DNA from: a virus
Length of the DNA: 6,147 nucleotides
Direction: 5' to 3' (one strand)
Virus record (IMG/VR): IMGVR_UViG_3300005263_000047
Span: 1 to 6,147 of that record
A program made the position numbers and the translations under genes. Shown piece by piece: positions 1-4,146 of the stretch. The notes under the pieces were generated by a model, which did no database searches, was not told the origin of the DNA, and was given only the letters and a program-made list of their open reading frames with translations. Numbering within the stretch: the stretch's first letter is position 1; each line of letters begins with the position of its first letter.

Positions 1-53
1 ATGATGGGTGCCAAAGAACGATTCGCGCTGAATCCAGCGGCGAAGGAATACCG
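1..53. repeat. Terminal direct repeat, left copy (circularisation overlap)
   Basis: The sequence atgatgggtgccaaagaacgattcgcgctgaatccagcggcgaaggaataccg is identical to 6095-6147. Confidence 0.97.
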
Positions 54-183
54 ATTGCAGAAAATGCGGCGGAGGCTGGAGGCGGCGACGCCGGGAACGA
101 AAAGACGACCGAGCGCGATGCGTTGGGCGTGGATCGTGGGCGGGGTGATCGTCATGGCCATGATCGTTAAGCGGCTCGTCTGA
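1..183 (+). CDS. Hypothetical small basic protein with a C-terminal transmembrane segment (60 aa); coding strand uncertain
   Basis: The ORF starts with ATG-ATG preceded by GAGGTG (6089-6094 in the circle), the same SD-like hexamer seen upstream of the ssDNA-binding gene. The N-terminal 40 aa are K/R-rich, followed by WAWIVGGVIVMAMIV and then KRLV. It converges on rep and overlaps its 3' end by 17 nt. Caveat: the antisense frame is also open and shares the same wobble positions. Confidence 0.4.
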   Translation: MMGAKERFALNPAAKEYRLQKMRRRLEAATPGTKRRPSAMRWAWIVGGVIVMAMIVKRLV

Positions 184-1273
184 GGTCATCCCAGCAAGTA
201 ACAGGCTGGGCGAGAACGATACGAACGGGGCGGAACTGGACGACATTGCCAGGAAGGAACTTGGAAAGATCGGCATCCGTAAATCCGGCTTGCTTGAGAT
301 ACTTCTTGTGAAGATAGAAAGTGCGCCGGGGCATGCTGGCTTGGACTTCATCGAGACCGTGTTCGCGGATATCGTTGAAAGTCTTGAAAGCGGCCAGAGC
401 ACGGCCTTGAGTGATGCCGTTCATGTCGGCAATCTTGCTGATGGTTTCTACGCGTCCCATATCTTTCACCTCTACACCGTCACATAAGGGCTGGAAAAAG
501 TCGTGATGGAGTCCAGCAAGCTCCACGGGGGTAAAAGTCGTCCAGTGACGACCATGAAAACGATTGGTCGAGCGTTCCTTCGCGTGGCGGAAGAAACGGG
601 AGCCGAGCTTTAGCTCAAGGCGCAGCAAACGATCAGCCAGGGCGAGAAGGTCTTCGGAGAGCGAGAGAACACCCTTTTTGACGAGATAGCGAAGATGCGG
701 CCCCTTGTGGTACGCCTTGCCAGCTTGAACATCTGAGGAATACGACCATTGAACCGTATCGCCGCCGTTCTTGGCGCTGGTGGCTTTGCGTCGAGCGGAG
801 TCTGTACCGAGCAGGGAACGGAGCGCGGTCTTGACCATGGAGAAATCGGGCAAAGCATAGTTGCCGGTCAGGTCGAGACGGCAGAGTTCCCATTCTTGGG
901 CCGGGGCGAGGAAGCACGAGAAAGCACGACAAGCGCGATTTACGAGGACTTGACCGGCGTTGAGGATATCGAGGTCACCGAAAACGTTGTGTTCGAACCG
1001 GAGCGAAGCGGGAGACGCGCCGATGTAAAGGAAGGCGATTTCCTTGACGTAGGAGACAGTCCAGTAGAGACCATCGCTATCAGAGCGCAAGGCGTCGAAG
1101 TTAAGGCGCTTGGATTCCCAACGAATTTCAATGGGGTTCCCGTCCTTGTCCAGCTTTAGACAAGCGACGGTATCAAGGTTTTCAAAGAGGCGTTCCTGCA
1201 GGAGCGGGGGCAGCATATTGACCGGCATCCGGAGGGTCATCCAGTCAATGAGAAGGCCGTTGAAATTGGTCAT
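167..1273 (-). CDS. Rolling-circle replication initiator (gpII/RstA-like Rep)
   Basis: This is a 368-aa ORF. It has an N-terminal LIDWMTLRMP motif of the kind seen at the start of filamentous-phage replication initiators, and a central GKAYHKG motif resembling the YxK motif of RCR initiators. Size and position fit an inovirus replication module. No SD is visible; the start ATG overlaps the stop of an upstream mini-ORF (ATGA). Confidence 0.8.
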   Translation of the reverse strand: MTNFNGLLIDWMTLRMPVNMLPPLLQERLFENLDTVACLKLDKDGNPIEIRWESKRLNFDALRSDSDGLYWTVSYVKEIAFLYIGASPASLRFEHNVFGDLDILNAGQVLVNRACRAFSCFLAPAQEWELCRLDLTGNYALPDFSMVKTALRSLLGTDSARRKATSAKNGGDTVQWSYSSDVQAGKAYHKGPHLRYLVKKGVLSLSEDLLALADRLLRLELKLGSRFFRHAKERSTNRFHGRHWTTFTPVELAGLHHDFFQPLCDGVEVKDMGRVETISKIADMNGITQGRALAAFKTFNDIREHGLDEVQASMPRRTFYLHKKYLKQAGFTDADLSKFLPGNVVQFRPVRIVLAQPVTCWDDLRRAA

Positions 1274-1398
1274 TTAGTGCAACCGTTGCACTGAGTCCGG
1301 GTATTACATACGGAACCCGGACGAAAAGCGGCCCCCAACACCTCGAAGCCGGTAGCCGTCAAAACGGCAGATGCGGGGAGGGTGGAGGCCATGAACAT
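1270..1398 (-). CDS. Hypothetical 42-aa leader ORF, translationally coupled to rep
   Basis: My own translation gives MFMASTLPASAVLTATGFEVLGAAFRPGSVCNTRTQCNGCTK. Its TGA overlaps the rep ATG as ATGA (1270-1273), and its ATG lies 2 nt after the stop of the preceding mini-ORF. Wobble positions are C/T-rich, as in the other minus-strand genes. It is below the 60-aa cutoff of the ORF track. Confidence 0.3.
   Translation of the reverse strand: MFMASTLPASAVLTATGFEVLGAAFRPGSVCNTRTQCNGCTK
1276..1322. promoter_or_regulatory. Two adjacent structures immediately upstream of the rep start: palindrome AGTGCAAC-c-GTTGCACT (1276-1292) and an 8-bp stem hairpin (1295-1302 / 1315-1322)
   Basis: Both inverted repeats are perfect and read directly from the sequence. 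They lie within the putative 42-aa leader ORF, 3-50 nt upstream of the SD-less rep ATG. Confidence 0.5.
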
Positions 1399-1400
1399 GG

Positions 1401-1556
1401 TTAATGAACCTTATCGCCGGTATCGTCGATACGAGGGTCGAAATCAGCAGGGAAAATGGTCCAGTTCGTACCGTCAAGATAATCATCATCGAAGAAGACA
1501 GGGCGACGAAGCGACAAGGAAAGCTTGACTGCATCAAGCGAAATTGAAGTTTCCAT
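1401..1556 (-). CDS. Hypothetical 51-aa acidic protein
   Basis: My own translation gives METSISLDAVKLSLSLRRPVFFDDDYLDGTNWTIFPADFDPRIDDTGDKVH. Its ATG at 1556 lies 2 nt after the ssDNA-binding gene stop (1559-1561). Wobble positions are C/T-rich, matching the neighbouring genes better than the overlapping 77-aa ORF does. Confidence 0.4.
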   Translation of the reverse strand: METSISLDAVKLSLSLRRPVFFDDDYLDGTNWTIFPADFDPRIDDTGDKVH

Positions 1557-1558
1557 GG

Positions 1559-1858
1559 TCAGGCCGCCCGAGCTTGTTGGCCGACCACCGGAGCGCGGAG
1601 ACGCGCACGAATGGCGAGTTGGCCGAAGCGATCTACATACAGGCTGGAGGGGTCGATGATGTAGTTGCCGAGTTCATAGGGCTTCTGATCATCGTCCAGC
1701 GTCAGGTTGAAGCGCTGCGGGTGCGGCTGCGGCTTGCCTTCGCGGTCATAGGTGGTGATCCATGCTTCCTGTTCGCGGATGCAATAGGCCTTGCCGGTCT
1801 TGGCACTGGTGCCGCGCTTTTCATTGACCATCGTGGTCGCTACTTCTACTTTCAACAT
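1559..1858 (-). CDS. ssDNA-binding protein (gV-like)
   Basis: This is a 99-aa ORF with a good SD (GAGGTG, 5 nt before the ATG). It is the first gene of the leftward operon. The pattern MLKVEV...GTSAK...Y..REQEAW...KPQPHPQ...Y.LG.Y resembles small inovirus OB-fold ssDNA-binding proteins; from memory, the Pf3 SSB has a GTSAK motif in a similar context. Confidence 0.6.
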   Translation of the reverse strand: MLKVEVATTMVNEKRGTSAKTGKAYCIREQEAWITTYDREGKPQPHPQRFNLTLDDDQKPYELGNYIIDPSSLYVDRFGQLAIRARLRAPVVGQQARAA

Positions 1859-1883
1859 CTCTACACCTCACTGGTTTGAACCC

Positions 1884-1900
1884 CCCAACAGGATGTTGGG
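1884..1900. other. Perfect 7-bp stem hairpin (cccaaca-gga-tgttggg) in the leader of the leftward operon
   Basis: The inverted repeat is read directly from the sequence. It lies about 25 nt upstream of the ssDNA-binding gene start. Confidence 0.6.
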
Positions 1901-1909
1901 ATAAGGGCG

Positions 1910-1923
1910 CTCCAAATCTGGAG
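1910..1923. promoter_or_regulatory. Operator-like palindrome O1: CTCCA-aatc-TGGAG
   Basis: It has perfect 5-bp arms with a 4-bp spacer and sits at the predicted transcription start of the leftward promoter. Confidence 0.55.
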
Positions 1924-1930
1924 TGCGTGC

Positions 1931-1961
1931 ATTATGCCCTCCAATTATGGAGGGTTGTCAA
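1931..1961 (-). promoter_or_regulatory. Candidate leftward promoter for the replication/virion operon
   Basis: On the minus strand there is a consensus -35 TTGACA (plus coordinates 1956-1961) and a -10 CATAAT (1931-1936). The spacer is 19 nt, which is long, and is filled almost exactly by palindrome O2. Confidence 0.5.
1937..1954. promoter_or_regulatory. Operator-like palindrome O2: CCCTCCA-atta-TGGAGGG
   Basis: It has perfect 7-bp arms with a 4-bp spacer and lies between the -35 and -10 of the leftward promoter. Confidence 0.6.
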
Positions 1962-1983
1962 GCTCCAATTTTGGAACTACCCT
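1955..1983 (+). promoter_or_regulatory. Candidate rightward promoter for the repressor-like gene
   Basis: It has a -35 TTGTCA (1955-1960), a 17-nt spacer and a weak -10 TACCCT (1978-1983). Its -35 overlaps the -35 of the leftward promoter on the opposite strand. Confidence 0.35.
1961..1978. promoter_or_regulatory. Operator-like palindrome O3: agCTCCA-attt-TGGAact (one arm mismatch)
   Basis: It has the same CTCCA-N4-TGGA core as O1 and O2 and fills the spacer of the rightward promoter. Confidence 0.45.
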
Positions 1984-2018
1984 GCAAGCCAATTCAGAGA
2001 TTTACGGATGGTGAAACC

Positions 2019-2423
2019 ATGACCCCAGCGGAATATTTAGATGCAGCCAAGAAAGCCATGAGCATCGAGAGCGACGGCGAATTAGCACGGCGTCTTGAGT
2101 GTCCGAGTGGGCATGTAGCAGAAATGCGAAATGGAAAACGAGGGGTTCCCCTCGATGTGGCGTACAAGCTGGCGATCACGCTCAAGCTGGACCCCGCCCA
2201 AGTCGTCGCAGACCTTGAAGGACAGCGGGAAAAGAACGAAAAGCGCCGGGCGTTTTGGGCGTCTTTTACGTCGCATGCACGCATTGCAATGCTGGCCGCG
2301 GGGCTCTCGTGCATGCTGGCGTTGAATTCTTTCGGTATATCCGCGGACGATCTGGGGCGGCTTGGTGGCGCTCTCGCAATGACCGCTAGCGCGGTCTATT
2401 ACTTGCGCCGAAAAGACGCATAA
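2019..2423 (+). CDS. XRE/Cro-C1-type HTH transcriptional regulator (putative phage repressor) with a hydrophobic C-terminal region
   Basis: The preferred start is the ATG at 2019, with GGTGA 4 nt upstream. The GTG at 1923 lies inside the operators. The stretch ELARRLECPSGHVAEMRNGKRGVPLDVAYKLAITLKLDPAQVV reads as a classic HTH_XRE pattern. The gene is divergent from the phage operon, as rstR is in CTXphi. The C-terminus (IAMLAAGLSCMLALNSFGI, GGALAMTASAVYYL) is hydrophobic. Confidence 0.7.
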   Translation: MTPAEYLDAAKKAMSIESDGELARRLECPSGHVAEMRNGKRGVPLDVAYKLAITLKLDPAQVVADLEGQREKNEKRRAFWASFTSHARIAMLAAGLSCMLALNSFGISADDLGRLGGALAMTASAVYYLRRKDA

Positions 2424-2441
2424 TTTATGTTTATGTCACAA
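2413..2441. other. dif-like XerC/XerD recombination site (candidate attP)
   Basis: The site reads aagaCGCATAA-tttatgt-TTATGTcAcAa, compared with the E. coli dif arms GGTGCGCATAA and TTATGTTAAAT. The inner XerC-arm bases CGCATAA are identical, the XerD arm matches 8/11, and the central region would be 7 bp rather than 6. It overlaps the repressor stop codon. Confidence 0.45.
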
Positions 2442-2459
2442 TAAAATTCCCGCATCATG

Positions 2460-2492
2460 AAAAATGGCCTCCAAATCGGAGGCCATTTTTTT
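2460..2492. terminator. Bidirectional rho-independent terminator
   Basis: The sequence is aaaaatggcctcc-aaatc-ggaggccattttt, giving a stem of up to 13 bp with an A-run before it and a T-run after it. It can therefore terminate both the rightward repressor transcript and the leftward operon transcript coming from zot. Confidence 0.75.
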
Positions 2493-2526
2493 CGCTCCTG
2501 GTTCGCTCCTGGTTCGCTCCTGGTTA
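2491..2526. repeat. Tandem direct repeat, 11-bp unit ttcgctcctgg x3 plus a partial fourth copy (iteron-like)
   Basis: There are three perfect copies at 2491-2501, 2502-2512 and 2513-2523, followed by tta. The period is about one helical turn. Confidence 0.9.
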
Positions 2527-2655
2527 GAGAAAAAAGGCGTCAGGGTTCATGCATTGCCCGTCTGCGCGGGATCACGCCCTTATGTCGGTGTGTCGGCTGT
2601 ACGCCGCCAACGCGACAAGGCGTCGATCCTCGCTCGATGTACGAAGGTCGAAACC

Positions 2656-2676
2656 CCGCGCCCTCTCGGGACGCGG
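2656..2676. other. GC-rich imperfect hairpin in the noncoding region (ccgcgccc-tctc-ggg(a)cgcgg)
   Basis: The inverted repeat, with a single bulged A, is read directly from the sequence. It lies in the roughly 240-nt noncoding tract downstream of zot on the viral strand. Confidence 0.4.
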
Positions 2677-2767
2677 CTCCCTTCTGGGTGGTGCTTGGCT
2701 AAGGCCGTAGTGGTCTGCAAAAGGGAAAGGTTTTGAAGGCGGGGAGGAAATCAAGCGGGGCGATAGA

Positions 2768-3871
2768 TCAAGCGCTTGAGGGTTCGCCTTCTTGGGGTGC
2801 GCGTTCGTCAGGCTTTTGCCCATTCTTCCGAACGGGCGGCACGGCCGCCCCTTCGGACGATTGGGCAACCGCAGGCGGATCGCGATAGGGGTCAAAAGGC
2901 GGTGATGTGATCCACGCTCGACAAGCCATGTCATCCAGTCCGGCATCTAAGCCTTGTTGGTTCTGGCAGGAGCATCGAGATTTAGTTTGAACGCAACCAA
3001 CAACGGCGGGCATGGTCTTGGCGACTCGGAGAGCGTCATAAATCGGAGCGCTCTCAGGTAAGGATTGGACGCGAGGCTGTCTATCACTAAGGATGGATTC
3101 CATAGTGACAGGCAGGACAGCAGGGGCCGTTGGGATGTTCTGATTCTGCTGCGCGGCCTCTTCGCGGTGCTGTTGGGCAGCCTGGAGGGGCTCAAGCTTT
3201 TTCTGGTAAGAACGGTAGCCCCAAAAACCCAACCCGACAATGAGAAGGACGCAGAGGGCCAACGTAACAAGAGCGGGGGGAAGGGTGTATTTGCGTTTGA
3301 TATGGAGAGAGGACGACTTGTAAAGGCCGAAAATCTCCGAAGGAAGTGAATAGCCCTTTTTAATCGGTGCGGCTTTGAAGTCTTCGGGACGGCCGCAGTA
3401 TGGCCACTCGTAGTGCTTACGACCTAACAGGCCATGGTCAAGCAAGTGAATATGCTGGCCAACAAGCTTGCGGATATGGGCGTCAAGGAAATCGGGGTGT
3501 TGTGTATCGAAAATGAAGGTAACGCCGGTATGACGAACCGTTTCAAAGGCGGCGACGTGGTCGGGGATTTTCGCGCCAGAGGGACGAGGGCGATAGACGC
3601 GCTGCGCCTCGCTGAGAACGATCAGTGACTTTTCCGGGAAGGTAAAGTACGGAAGCATCAGCGAGGGGTGATCGGGGTCGGGGCGAAGCTCCGTCCATTC
3701 TTCGATGGGCGGGACAGGCCAATGAGGGAGCTTTAGTTCAGGAATGCCGAGTTGGAAAACAGGGCGACCGGCATCAGTAGCTTCCTTGATGTACTTGACG
3801 ATTAGCGCGGTTTTCCCGGATCCGGGAAGACCGGTCATCAGGGTGATCGGCTTGTCTTCAATGATGCTCAT
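2768..3871 (-). CDS. zot: Zot/pI-family phage assembly ATPase
   Basis: The 367-aa ORF has a Walker A motif GLPGSGKT near the N-terminus and a Walker B-like LIVLSEAQ. It has a single TM segment (LVTLALCVLLIVGLGFWGY) and a periplasmic C-terminal domain with a Cys pattern (GCVQTKSRCSCQNQQG....C) typical of Zot-like proteins. Its ATG overlaps the upstream gene's stop as ATGA (3868-3871). Confidence 0.9.
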   Translation of the reverse strand: MSIIEDKPITLMTGLPGSGKTALIVKYIKEATDAGRPVFQLGIPELKLPHWPVPPIEEWTELRPDPDHPSLMLPYFTFPEKSLIVLSEAQRVYRPRPSGAKIPDHVAAFETVRHTGVTFIFDTQHPDFLDAHIRKLVGQHIHLLDHGLLGRKHYEWPYCGRPEDFKAAPIKKGYSLPSEIFGLYKSSSLHIKRKYTLPPALVTLALCVLLIVGLGFWGYRSYQKKLEPLQAAQQHREEAAQQNQNIPTAPAVLPVTMESILSDRQPRVQSLPESAPIYDALRVAKTMPAVVGCVQTKSRCSCQNQQGLDAGLDDMACRAWITSPPFDPYRDPPAVAQSSEGAAVPPVRKNGQKPDERAPQEGEPSSA

Positions 3872-4146
3872 ACCAGCTTGCCTAGACGGGTCAAGGAAAC
3901 CATGGCGACAGAGGCGGTGATGCCTCCGGCGATGACACTACAGGCAGTAAAGAAGCCACTGATGGCGAGAATGGCGGAAACATCGGAAGCCATGCCACCC
4001 ATAGAGCTAGAGGCGGCAGAGATGGCGGCGGAGACGGCGGTATCCAAGCCAACGTAGGTCATGAATCCCATGCCGAGCGCGGCGAGAACCTTCTTAGCAA
4101 GCGATCCGGCAATGGCGGTCAATAGACCGGCGAGGGTTTGCATCAT
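3868..4146 (-). CDS. gVI-like minor coat/assembly membrane protein (92 aa)
   Basis: This is a hydrophobic, A/G/S-rich small protein located between the adsorption-protein gene and zot, the canonical gVI position. The preferred start is the ATG at 4146, which forms ATGA with the upstream stop (4143-4146) and has GGAAG upstream. The longer ORF-track start at 4197 would overlap the upstream gene. Confidence 0.6.
   Translation of the reverse strand: MMQTLAGLLTAIAGSLAKKVLAALGMGFMTYVGLDTAVSAAISAASSSMGGMASDVSAILAISGFFTACSVIAGGITASVAMVSLTRLGKLV

Noticed and set aside
290-1159. Plus- and minus-strand ORFs nested inside rep (290-487 +, 749-1159 +, 610-858 -, 633-932 -, 940-1131 -)
   Set aside because: These are shadow frames of a long, moderately GC-rich gene. 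They have no RBS, an R/P/S-rich low-complexity composition, and lie wholly inside the Rep CDS.
1304-1537. 77-aa minus-strand ORF between ssb and rep (from the ORF track)
   Set aside because: It starts at a TTG with no RBS. Its composition is S/L/R/I/F-rich and looks like an off-frame read. Its wobble positions lack the C/T bias of neighbouring genes. The same region is better explained by two mini-ORFs with tight stop/start coupling to ssb and rep.
1544-1879. 111-aa plus-strand ORF antisense to the ssDNA-binding gene
   Set aside because: It is a complete antisense shadow of a well-supported gene, and its start lies in the ssb 3' region with no promoter or RBS context.
1923-2018. Upstream GTG (1923) or ATG (1947) starts for the HTH gene
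   Set aside because: Both lie inside the operator palindromes and the promoter elements. The added residues (MRALCPPIMEGCQAPILELPCKPIQRFTDGET) look non-native. The ATG at 2019 has a GGTGA RBS and starts right before the HTH domain.
1859-2018. LexA/SOS box in the switch region (as in CTXphi PrstA)
   Set aside because: I could not find a CTGT-N8-ACAG-type motif or any obvious variant on either strand. Only the CTCCA-N4-TGGAG family and the cccaaca hairpin are present.
2445-2495. 16-aa minus-strand mini-ORF (MASDLEAIFHDAGILL) following an AGGAG contributed by the last 11-bp repeat
   Set aside because: It lies entirely within the terminator hairpin. The AGGAG is a by-product of the repeat unit (ccaggagcgaa), and there is no reason to think it is translated.
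2457-2736. Two plus-strand ORFs (81 and 90 aa) in the noncoding region after the repressor gene
   Set aside because: Both start inside the terminator stem-loop, read through the 11-bp tandem repeats, and have R/C/P-rich compositions. They would also lie downstream of a strong terminator.
2572-3349. Overlapping ORFs 2572-2946 (-), 2947-3270 (-) and 3065-3349 (+) around the zot 3' half
   Set aside because: They are alternative-frame shadows of the Zot-like CDS, whose own frame carries recognisable TM and Cys motifs. They are R/P/S-rich and have no RBS.
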